Shown here piece by piece: positions 43,398 to 53,023 of a stretch of 64,000 nt of DNA. The first letter of the stretch is position 1, and the number at the start of each line of letters is the position of its first letter. The notes under the pieces were generated by a model. It did not search any database and had not been told where the DNA came from. It was given only the letters and a program-made list of their open reading frames with translations. The stretch comes from an uncultured Planctomycetaceae bacterium (GTDB taxonomy: Bacteria > Planctomycetota > Planctomycetia > Isosphaerales > Isosphaeraceae), in assembly GCA_963833985.1 (NCBI GenBank), contig CAWIAD010000002.1, forward strand, positions 1,632,001-1,696,000, read 5' to 3'. Made by a program: the position numbers and the translations under genes.

Positions 43398-44582
43398 AGG
43401 CCTGAGCATCGCGGCATCCGCCCAGGGCGGTCCGCCGTTCCTCATGGCGTGGTAGAGCGCCTCGTACCGGTCGACCACCGCTTCCAGCGAGAATTGATCG
43501 GTGGTGCGTTGACGTGCGGCCGATCCCAGGCTCCGGGCGTGCTCGGGATCCCCGAGCAGCTCCAGCAGCGTCGCGGCCCAGGCTTCGGGACGGGCGTCCG
43601 CCACCAGGCGTCCCGTCACGCCGTCGGCCACCAGGTCGGAGTTGCCGCCGATGCCCGATACAACGCAGGGAAGTGCGGTGGCCATGGCTTCCAGCAGCGA
43701 ATTGCTCATCCCCTCGGCCACGCTGGGCAGGACGAAGACGTCCGCCGCGCGGAGGTAATCCGCGGGGTCGGCCACCGCGCCGGCGAACTGGACGCGATCG
43801 GCAATGCCCAGTTCCCTGGCACGCTCGGTGAGCACCTGGCGATCGCTGCCGGGTCCAACCAGGATCAGGCTGGCCGGTACCTTGCGGACCACGAGAGACC
43901 AGGCGTCGAGCAAGAGCGGGACGTTCTTTTGCGGGTGCAGGCGGCCGGTGAAGATCACGCGGGGCCCTTGCAGCAAGTGACTGGCAACCGAGCTGGGCCC
44001 GGGATGAAAATGCTTTGTGTCCACGCCGCTGGCCATACGGACGATGCGCTCGCGGGGAAAACCCAGCTCCCGCCACTGGCGTTCAATTTCCGCGGAGATG
44101 GCCGAGAGGGCGGTGTTGCGCACGATGATCCGCCGAAGCAAGGCAGCGCCGCGGGTGCGCCGCAGCTCGTCGGCCTCGCCGTAATAACCCGCGCTTGCCG
44201 GCTGCACAAGGGTTGGAATGCCGGGCAGCCAGGGGCGGGCCAGCCCCGTGGCGACCGCTTCCCAGAATGCCTGGTGGGTATGGACCACGTCGATCCGCCC
44301 GTGCAGCTTGCGGAGAGCGTGGACGACCCCCGCGACGAAGCTGAGCGCGAAGAGCGGCCCGCGTTTCGAGGTGCGGACGCAGCGATGAATGAGGACGCCC
44401 TGGTAGTCTTCCTCGTCGACCGGGTAGCCGGGGACCGCCTGGGTGACCACGTGCACGGTGTGGCCCCGGCGCACCAGCTCGAGGCCCTGTGCCAGGGCCT
44501 GTCGTTCGGCCCCGCTGGCGAACGGATGGAAATAACTGACGACGTAACAGACGGCAAGAGGAAGCTGCGCGGCATCGGGCAT
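43383..44582 (-). CDS. Glycosyltransferase family 4 protein
   Basis: SGAERQ, FTGRLHPQKNV, DVFVLPSVAEGMSNSLLEAMA. Confidence 0.93.
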   Translation of the reverse strand: MPDAAQLPLAVCYVVSYFHPFASGAERQALAQGLELVRRGHTVHVVTQAVPGYPVDEEDYQGVLIHRCVRTSKRGPLFALSFVAGVVHALRKLHGRIDVVHTHQAFWEAVATGLARPWLPGIPTLVQPASAGYYGEADELRRTRGAALLRRIIVRNTALSAISAEIERQWRELGFPRERIVRMASGVDTKHFHPGPSSVASHLLQGPRVIFTGRLHPQKNVPLLLDAWSLVVRKVPASLILVGPGSDRQVLTERARELGIADRVQFAGAVADPADYLRAADVFVLPSVAEGMSNSLLEAMATALPCVVSGIGGNSDLVADGVTGRLVADARPEAWAATLLELLGDPEHARSLGSAARQRTTDQFSLEAVVDRYEALYHAMRNGGPPWADAAMLRPLPVA

Positions 44583-44607
44583 GGGCGTTGCGGTCCGCGG
44601 CAGCGGC

Positions 44608-44877
44608 TCAGAGATCGGGATCGTGAACGTTCTTCAGGTCCTTGAAATGCGGGTACTGCGCCAGCACCTCGCGGGCGACCCTGGCCTGTGACGCCGGTAC
44701 GTAGATGACGTGCCCGGACTCGAAGCTCAGGCCGCCGAAGGCGGGAGTGGCCAGTGAAGCGTCGCTACGGGCGCAGATCTCTTGCTCGTGCAGCAGCTCG
44801 ACCACCATCGCGGCTTCGAACTCGTTGAGCACCGTGCAGAGCCGGATCTCCGGAACCTCGTTCGTGGATTCTTCCAT
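44608..44877 (-). CDS. DUF2007-like small protein
   Basis: NEFEAAMVVELL..I, IYVP...AREVL pattern. Confidence 0.7.
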   Translation of the reverse strand: MEESTNEVPEIRLCTVLNEFEAAMVVELLHEQEICARSDASLATPAFGGLSFESGHVIYVPASQARVAREVLAQYPHFKDLKNVHDPDL

Positions 44878-45018
44878 CGTCGTCCTCCCGCTTGCCCGTC
44901 ACTCGCTGACCCGCACGCGGGCGAGTCCTGACGGGGAAAAGAGCAGTGGCTACCGGCACGGTCGGAGCCGGGCGAACCTGGTCACAACCGGTTCGCCCGG
45001 CGTCTGGCCGCAAGCGTC

Positions 45019-46325
45019 TCAGCGGGTGATCACCAGACTGGGAATGTCGCGGCCGATGTCGTCGCTGATCAGGCCGTTGCTCACGGTGATCTGGCTGACG
45101 GCATACACGCGCCCGCTGGGCATCGCGACGTTCACTGTCCAGTCGCCGTCGGGCACCTTGACCGCGAAACGTCCGAACGCGTCAGAGAGAGCCACGCGGT
45201 CGGCGTAGGCGTTGGTCCGGCTGGAGACCGTCACCCGCACCCCTTCTTCCGGCTCATTGGTGTCCCGGGTCTTGACCCGGCCGAAGAGCACGTTGCGATA
45301 CGCGCTGGCCATGGTGCGGGTGGAGTAAACGGGCTTCTGAACCACACGCTGCTGACGGTCGGAGCCGGAGCCTGATGCCGCCTCGCCGCCGGGAGCCGGC
45401 TGAAGGTCGTCGCCGGTGGCGGGAGCCGAGGGAGGCTCGACCCCGCTCGGTGTCCCGGAGGCGCCGGGCCTGGGATTTGCCGATTCCGGCTGGACCCTGT
45501 TTGGGGCAGCCGCCGAAGTCCCGCTCTTACCCTGGGCCCCGCCGCTGTTGCGCGGGAGTGCCGTGGATGACTCGCGCGATGGCACCTGCGGCGTGGGCGG
45601 AGAATCGACCGCCCGGGGCGCCGGCGCGCGGCGTTCGAGGCCGCCGCCGTGGGTTTTGCCGGCTCGGTCGCCGGCAGCTCGGGCACATCGGAGCTGGTCG
45701 AGTCTTCGTCGGCCGCCTGGCTCTGCAACGGTGCGGAGCGGGGTCTCGGGCTGGTCCGCGGCGCCGGGGAGGTACTCTGCTCGGACGAGTACATGCGCAC
45801 TTCCGGGGCGGCCGATGCCACCATCTGGCCGTCGCAGCAATCGACCGAACGCGCCGCGGTGTAGCCGGTGGTCACAACCCCTGTATCCAGGACTGTCGGC
45901 GAATAGACTGTCGGCGAATAAAAGGTGGTCGGGTAATAGTAGGTCGTGGGGTAGTAGGCCGTGGTCGGCATGTAGTACGTGGAGACCGGCGAGTAATAGG
46001 CCCGCGTGGTTTCCACCAGCCTGCGCCCGAACAATCCCCTGCGGCGGAACCGCGTTTCATAATACGTGGGGGCCAGGTAGGCCGTCGGCGTCAGCAGGGC
46101 AGACTCGGTGACATAAGCCGTGGCATAGACAGTGGGAATCGCATAAGAGGTCGGCGCCACGATCGAGCCGCCGATCACATAGGAGGTCGGGACCGTCAGC
46201 ACGCTGCTCGTGGGATACCACCCGGCGGATTCCAGGTAAACCACGTCGGCCGCTCTGGTTCGGCCGGTGCAGAGAACCAGTGCCAGCACTGCCCCGATCG
46301 GCAATCGCAAGCCAACAAGCCGCAT
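45019..46325 (-). CDS. Secreted Tyr/Thr/Pro-rich protein with C-terminal carboxypeptidase-regulatory-like domain, frameshift near 45630
   Basis: Signal peptide, YxPT repeats, Pro/Ser linker, C-terminal GRV...SDAFGRF.V.VPDGDWTV. Confidence 0.65.
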
Positions 46326-46709
46326 GATGAAACTCCTTCCAGATGCGTTGCGGGTCCGTGAGAAGATCAGCGTCATGCGTGGGAACCGCTTTCCCTCACG
46401 ATACCAGAACGCTGTGCGGCAACCAAGACACTGTCCTTGCGCAAGGTTTACGGCTCGATGCACTTCCGGTTGGGAAGAATGGGAGGATTGTGACGGGGCA
46501 GCGGTTCAGGGGCGGCCGCGCGGTCCCGGCCATTGGCCTGGCTGTCGCGGAGCCGGCACGCACCGTTCGGCTCGCGGCGGGTGCCGGTTTGCATCCCGGG
46601 CAGTCTTGTGGGATGATCGATAAAGACCGTTGCCAGCATGGTTTTCGGCGGTCTGGGATGTTTCCGCCGGAATGGCCGGCTGGGTGCAACTCCGTGGAGC
46701 AAACCCATC

Positions 46710-46997
46710 ATGTTGAACTCACGCGAGGCCCTCGAGGTCCTGGACCGGGACTTCCTGGAGACACGGTGCAAGATCCTGGAAATTGCCGCTGTGCTGGATC
46801 GGATCGACCGTGCGCCAGCGCTCCATCATGTCCATCCTGATCCTCGGATGGGCCAGATTCGACAATCGCTGGAGGCGCTTTGCGTTCCGGGTCCGGGCCG
46901 TGCCGAGACAATCCAGCGCATCTTCTCGCTGGAGTACGATCCGGACTGGCGGACCGTGATGCGGCTCGCGCCGGCGCGGCCCAGCGACCGACATTGA
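46710..46997 (+). CDS. Hypothetical protein upstream of the TatD-like gene
   Basis: GGAG RBS; LDRDFLETRCKILEIAAVLDRIDRA...RAETIQRIFS. Confidence 0.7.
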   Translation: MLNSREALEVLDRDFLETRCKILEIAAVLDRIDRAPALHHVHPDPRMGQIRQSLEALCVPGPGRAETIQRIFSLEYDPDWRTVMRLAPARPSDRH

Positions 46998-47071
46998 ACC
47001 ACCCGGAAGGGTGGAGCCAGCCATTGCTCACGAACTGATGTGGTGATTCACCCGGCAGAAGGGGGTACGCC

Positions 47072-47907
47072 ATGCACTACGTTGATCCCCACATTCACAT
47101 GGTTTCGCGCGTCACCGACGACTACAAACGGATGGCGCTGGCGGGGTGCGTGCTGGTCAGCGAGCCGGCGTTCTGGGCGGGTTTCGACCGCTCCGGGCCG
47201 GAGGGTTTTCGAGATTACTTCCGGCAACTGACGGAGTACGAGCGGAAGCGCGCCGCCGCCTACGGCATTGAACATCGCTGCTGGCTGTGCATCAACGCGA
47301 AGGAGGCCGAGAACGTCGCGCTGTCGCGTGAGGTGATCGCGATGATCCCCGAGTTCATCGATTGCCCGGGCGTTCTGGGCATTGGCGAGATTGGCCTGAA
47401 CAAGAACACCCGCAACGAGTCGGTGGTTTTCCAGGAGCATCTCGACCTGGCGGCCCGGCTGGGCGAGCTGGTCCTGGTGCACACTCCGCATCTGGCCGAC
47501 AAGTACCAGGGAACGCGCATGATCCTGGACATGATCGCCGCCGAGCCGCGGATCGCGCCGGAGCAGGTCTGCATCGACCATGTCGAGGAGCACACGATTC
47601 GCCTGGCTCTCGAGGCGGGTCACTGGGTCGGCATGACGCTCTATCCGATCACCAAGTGCACGCCCGCCCGGGCCGCCGACATGATCGAGCTGTACGGCCC
47701 GCAACGCATCATGGTGAACTCGGCCGGCGACTGGGGCCACAGCGACCCGCTGGCCGTTCCCGAGCTCATCTTCGAGCTGCGCCGCGCGGACACGAAGAGG
47801 CTCTGATCCGCCAGGTCGTCCATGACAACCCCCTGACCTTCTTTGCCCAGTGCGCCAGGTTCCGCTTCCAATCGCTGGCGGAAGCCGGTGCCGCGGCGGG
47901 TCGATGA
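47072..47907 (+). CDS. TatD-family hydrolase (EboB-like), frameshift near 47790
   Basis: DPHIHMVSRVTDDY, EPAFW, GIGEIGL, VHTPH, IDHVEE, NSAGDWG.SDPL. Confidence 0.88.
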
Positions 47908-48272
47908 CCACGGCCTCACCGGCACAGGCGGAGCGGACAACCGAAGGTCGCGGCGTGTGCGGGTTTGCCTGGAGCTCCAGACTCCTGAGTGCTCCCCGAG
48001 GCGTTCGTCAGGAGGCGCGTTGCGCTGTTCCCGGGCAAGGGCGAGATTGCTTGACGGCGCTCCGGAGCATTGCGAAGAATAACAAGGTCTGCCTCAGCCG
48101 ACATGCCCGGCACAGCACGCTTTGTTCCATCGCCACTGTTCTCGGCAGGAATGCGAGGCACGTCGGTGGAGCGCATCATCCCTGGCGGGTAACATCGGGA
48201 GTGCCGCAGGTCCTGTAAGCTCCCGATCCTGCCAGCCCGGACGACGAACGCACGGAGAGAAGGCGATCGCTG

Positions 48273-51069
48273 ATGAAGAGCCGCACCAAGATTGCCGCCC
48301 TCCTGGGCGTTCTCATCCTCCTCGTTGCCGGCGGCCTGCTCGCGACGACGGTGCGGGAGAGCCTCTGGCCGGACGAATCGCTGGAAGGACGGGTCCGTCA
48401 ACTGGACAGCCGCTGGGCCGCCCAGCGCCGCGCGGCGGCCACGGGACTGGCCCGTTACACGGCGTCCCCGGACACGGTCGTCCCCGCGCTCACCCGGGCA
48501 CTCGATGACCCCGACGCGGAGGTGCGGCGTAACGCCCTCGAATCGTTCGCTGCGTTCGCCGACAAGTCTCGCCCGGCGGTTCCCGCGCTGAGGCTCACGA
48601 TGAAGCAGGATCCGGACCCGGCGATTCGCAGGGAAGCGATGGCGCTGCTGGGGCGCATCAAGGATCGGGACTCGGTTCCCGCGCTGATCCAGGCGCTCGA
48701 TGACGAAGCGGGTGCGACCCAGGTGCAGGCGGTCCTGAGCCTGGGGCAGTTCGGCCCGGCCGTCGCCACGGAGCCGCTCATCGCCAGGCTGCGCTCCACC
48801 CTGCTCGAAAGCAAGAACGAGCTGTTGCGCCTGGCGGCCTTGGACGCGCTCGATTCGCTGCGCGCGGCAATGAATCCGTCGCCCATGCCGTTTCGGAGGC
48901 CGCGGTCAAGGACCCGAGCACACCACTGCGGGCCAGGGCCGTGAACATCCTGGACGCGAAATACCCGTTCGTCGTACCGGCCCTGCTCGCCGCCCTCGAC
49001 GACGCGCAGCCGCAGGTCCGGATGGCGGCGGGAAGCCGGCTGGCGCTCATCGGGCTGACCGACGACCGCACGGTCCCCGCGCTCTGCCGGCTGGCGCTCA
49101 AGGCGGATGATCTGAACCGTGAGACTGTCGGGGTCATCTTCGGACAGCTCACTCTCGTCCGGCCCAGCGGACCGACCTCCGCGGATCAGCTCGGGCGGAG
49201 ATTCGAGACAGCCGTGCAAGAGCTTCGAAGCGTCGTCGAACGGCGAGAGGCGGGCGGCCGGGCGGCTGTCGTCGCGGTGCTGGGGCGGATTGTCGGAAGC
49301 TACGAGAAGTCCGGCGAGCCGGCCCTGCTGGCGCCGGCACGCGCGGTGCTCGAAACCCTGCTCGCGCGCATCGAGGATCCCCAGGAGGACCTCTCGCTAC
49401 GGCTCGACGCCATGGGCCAGTGGCCCATGCTCCAGATGATGGTTCAGAACAGAAAAGACACGCACACCAGCGCGCTGCACGCCACAGCTTTATGGATTGC
49501 GTCCCTGGGCAGGGTGCTCGCGGACCCTGCGCTTGAGGTGCGGGGCAAGGCCATGGTCAGCCTGCTGGAGAGCTTCCAGGATCCGCTGCCCGATGGTGCC
49601 TTCCGGCAGACCTGGCAGGGCCTGGTTCCCACCATGGTGAAGGCGGCCGCGAGCGACGACCTGCGGGTCCGAACCGGTGCCTTGCTCGTGCTCAAGCAGC
49701 TTGGTCCCGTGGCCGAGCCGGCACTTCCCGCCCTGCGCCACTGGCCAGCCAGGCCCACGATCCCGCGGCCTCCGAGCAGATCGAAGCGGCCATCCGTTCG
49801 GCCTCGATCAGCGACAGGCTCCAGCGCGGCGATCCCGCGGCCCGCATCGCTGCATCCCAGGACCTGGGGCAGCTTGGCTGGCGCGCTGCGCCGACCGTAC
49901 CGCTGGTTCTCGTTCTGCTCAAGGCACCACAGGACGGCGTTCGCCTGGCTGCCGTGGCGGCGCTCAAGGCCCTCGTGACCAAGGACCTTGCCGCCGTCTC
50001 CGCACTGACCGCAGCGCTTCGGGCCGAGGCCGAGGCGCCGGTACGCGTGGCGATTCTCGAGGCTCTGGAAACCGTGGCGCCGGGGACCCGCCAGGTCCTC
50101 GACGCGCACGTCGAGGCGCTCAAGGATCGCGATCCCCGGGTTCGCGAGGCGGCGGCGCACTTCGGCCGGGTCCCCACCGACGACGCGGTCCTTGCCGCAC
50201 TCAAGTCCGCCCTGGATGATGACAGCGAGCCGGTGCGGGCGGCCGCTTCCCGCAGCCTGTGCGAGATCATGTTCCTGAAGCCTCAGGTCATTCCCACGCT
50301 GATTCAGGCGCTGGGCGAAAGCGCCCAGTGCCAGAACGTGGCGACGGCCCTGGACGAGCATCTCCAGCAGGTTTCCGATCGGGCCGAGTTTGGCCGCCTC
50401 AGGGGCGACCTTACGGGACTGCGGGCAACGCTTGCCAGCGCGGTCCCCGCGCTCCAGAAGGCGGTCACGTCCGATGGCGCCGAGCGCCGGGCTCGAGCCT
50501 TCGAGATCCTGGGGCGGATTACCGCCTTCTCCGATCTGAACCGCGACGCCGAGCTGCTGAAGGCCATTGAACCGGCCATCGGGCCCTACCTCGTCGGGCT
50601 CGAGAGCGACGACCCCGGGGTCCGCCGGGGAGTGCTGGGCCGGCTTGGCTCTATCGGTATTCACCGCGCCCGGATCGTGGGGCTGCTGCTCGGCGAGCTG
50701 GCGCGGCCGGGGCTCAACGAGGACGACCGCCAGGCCGCCCTGGCGGCGCTGGCTGCCCAGGCCACGCACGCCGGGGGCGACTCCGAACTGCACACGGCGC
50801 TTTTGCCCGCGATTCCGGAACTGGCCACGGCGCTCGAATCCCCGGCGGCAGAGCTTCGCGGCCGGGCGGTGGTGGCGCTTGGCCATATTGGCAGCGCTGC
50901 CCGGCCGGCCCTGGAGACTCTTCGCAGGCTGGCGGAGCATGACCCGGACGCAGGCATCCGCAGGAACGCCGCGGACGCCGTGAGGGCCGTCGAGGGGACC
51001 GCCCCGATGCCGGTTTCCAGCCCCCGCGGTGCTGGTGCGGGCGCGGCGCGGCCGCGGAGGATCGAGTGA
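48273..51069 (+). CDS. Membrane-anchored HEAT-repeat protein, paralog of 23115..25940, frameshifts near 48860-48940 and 49740
   Basis: Colinear with the 941-aa protein (e.g. VLGRIVGSYEKSG, DDRTVPALCR, APGTR.VLDAH). Confidence 0.88.
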
Positions 51070-53006
51070 CGGCCATGTCCGCGGCTCATGTCCAGGCGAA
51101 GCAGCAGACAACGGCGCCCGCGGGTCGCGGCCTGAGCGTCCTCAGCGTGCTCGCCCTGGCGGTCTGGCTGGGCATGGCCGCCGGGCTGCTGGAAGTCGCC
51201 ATCCGGGTCCTCTTCCGGTCCATTTCCCCGACCGGCCGCCTTTACCTGGTGAGCCGGCACTTCGTCTGGCTCACGCCGCTGGCCAACGTCGTGCTCTTCC
51301 TGGGGGTCGGCCTCGTGCTGGCCCTGCTGGCCAAGGTCTGGCCAAAGCTGGGGAGCTGGCTCTGCCCCCGGTTCCTGCTGGCCCTGGCGCTGCTGCCCGC
51401 ACTCGCGGTCGCCGTCCCCAACATCTTCCCCGAGGCCTGGTTTCTCCTGAGCCTGGGAATCGCCGTCCGGACGGTCCCCTTGCTCCAGGCCCACGCGCAG
51501 CGCCTGCGTGCGGCGTTCATCTGGGGCTTTTTCTTGCAGGCCGCGGTGATCGTGCTGCTGGCGGGGTCGGTCGTTGCGAGCGACTGGATCAAGGAGCGCC
51601 GCGAGCAGGCCCGCGCCTTACCGCCGGCCGGCGCGGCCAATGTGCTGCTCATCGTCCTGGACACGGTTCGCCAGGATCATTTGAGTCTCCATGGCTATCG
51701 CCGTCCCACCACGCCGGTGCTCGAGCGCCTGGCCCGCCGCGGGATCCGCTTTGATGCGGCCCGGGCGACGGCCCCCTGGACCCTGGCCTCGCACGCCAGC
51801 CTGTTCACGGGCCGCTGGCCCCACGAGCTTGGCGTCACCTGGCTCTCGCCAATCCGCAACGAGTCTCTCACGCTCGCGGAATACCTCGCGGACCACGGCT
51901 ACGCCACCGCCGGTTTCGTGGCGAACACGCAGTATTGCTCCTACGACACCCGGCTCGATCGCGGATTCGCGCACTACGAGGACTACGTGGACGAGTGGCT
52001 CAGTCCGCTCCGCATGTCGTTGGTGTTCCGCGAGTTCTTCACGGCCTTCTCGGAGCTCGCCTCGTACCACCCGAGCGGCCCCATCCACTCCATCCAGGGG
52101 CTGCTCACGCGCTGGTCGTGCTACGGGATCCGCAAGGACGCGGAGCGCGTCAACCACAGCTTCTTGACGTGGCTGGACCGGCGGAAGCAGCCGGATCGTC
52201 CCTTCTTCGCCTTTCTCAACTACCTGGATGCCCACGCACCTTATGAGCTGCCTCCGGCGGGGAGCTATGTGTTCGGCCGCAAGCCCCAGACCGACGACGA
52301 GCTGAGCCTCGTGAACGATCTCTGGCCGTTCCTGGATAAATCGAAGCTGCCACGTTCCTATGTGAACCTGGCGGCTGACTGTTATGACAGTTGCATCGCT
52401 TACCTGGACAGGCGCCTGGGCGAGCTGTTCGATGAGCTAGCGCGGCGCGGCACGCTCGAATCCACGTGGATCGTGATCACCTCGGACCACGGAGAGGGAC
52501 TGGGCGAGCATGGTCTGTTCTTGCATGGCGAGAGCCTCTTTGCCACGGAGATCCACGTGCCTTTGCTGATCGTGCCGCCGGCAGGCCGCGCGGCAGCGGC
52601 CGTGGTGCCCCAGCCCGTCAGCCTGCGGCAGGTGCCGGCCACGGTGGCCGATGTGCTCGGGCTGGAGCAGGGCCAGCCGTTCCCCGCCCGCTCGCTGGCG
52701 AGTCTCTGGACCCGGGGCGTGCCGAGCCCTGGACAGGACGACCCGGAACCCGCGTTCTCGGAGCTTCTGAGCCCGAATCCGAGCGACCCGAACCAGGGCA
52801 GATCCCCGGCGCATCGCGGCCCGCTCATCGCCCTGGCCGAAGAACAATTCGTGTACATCCGCAACCAGCGTGATGGCGGCGAGCAGCTCTTCGACCGGCT
52901 CGACGACCCGCGCGAGCTGACCAACCTCGTATCCAGAGAGGCGATGCAGCCGGTGCTCAGGCGGTTCCGCGATCACCTGCGCCAGGCGTTTCCCCACTTA
53001 CGTTGA
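51066..53006 (+). CDS. Membrane-bound sulfatase-like / alkaline-phosphatase superfamily protein
   Basis: About 5 N-terminal TM helices, NVLLIVLDTVR, WTLASHASLFTG, FLNYLDAH.PY, TSDHGE, HG, VPLLI. Confidence 0.88.
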   Translation: MTAMSAAHVQAKQQTTAPAGRGLSVLSVLALAVWLGMAAGLLEVAIRVLFRSISPTGRLYLVSRHFVWLTPLANVVLFLGVGLVLALLAKVWPKLGSWLCPRFLLALALLPALAVAVPNIFPEAWFLLSLGIAVRTVPLLQAHAQRLRAAFIWGFFLQAAVIVLLAGSVVASDWIKERREQARALPPAGAANVLLIVLDTVRQDHLSLHGYRRPTTPVLERLARRGIRFDAARATAPWTLASHASLFTGRWPHELGVTWLSPIRNESLTLAEYLADHGYATAGFVANTQYCSYDTRLDRGFAHYEDYVDEWLSPLRMSLVFREFFTAFSELASYHPSGPIHSIQGLLTRWSCYGIRKDAERVNHSFLTWLDRRKQPDRPFFAFLNYLDAHAPYELPPAGSYVFGRKPQTDDELSLVNDLWPFLDKSKLPRSYVNLAADCYDSCIAYLDRRLGELFDELARRGTLESTWIVITSDHGEGLGEHGLFLHGESLFATEIHVPLLIVPPAGRAAAAVVPQPVSLRQVPATVADVLGLEQGQPFPARSLASLWTRGVPSPGQDDPEPAFSELLSPNPSDPNQGRSPAHRGPLIALAEEQFVYIRNQRDGGEQLFDRLDDPRELTNLVSREAMQPVLRRFRDHLRQAFPHLR

Positions 53007-53023
53007 CCCCCTGGCCATGGGCC

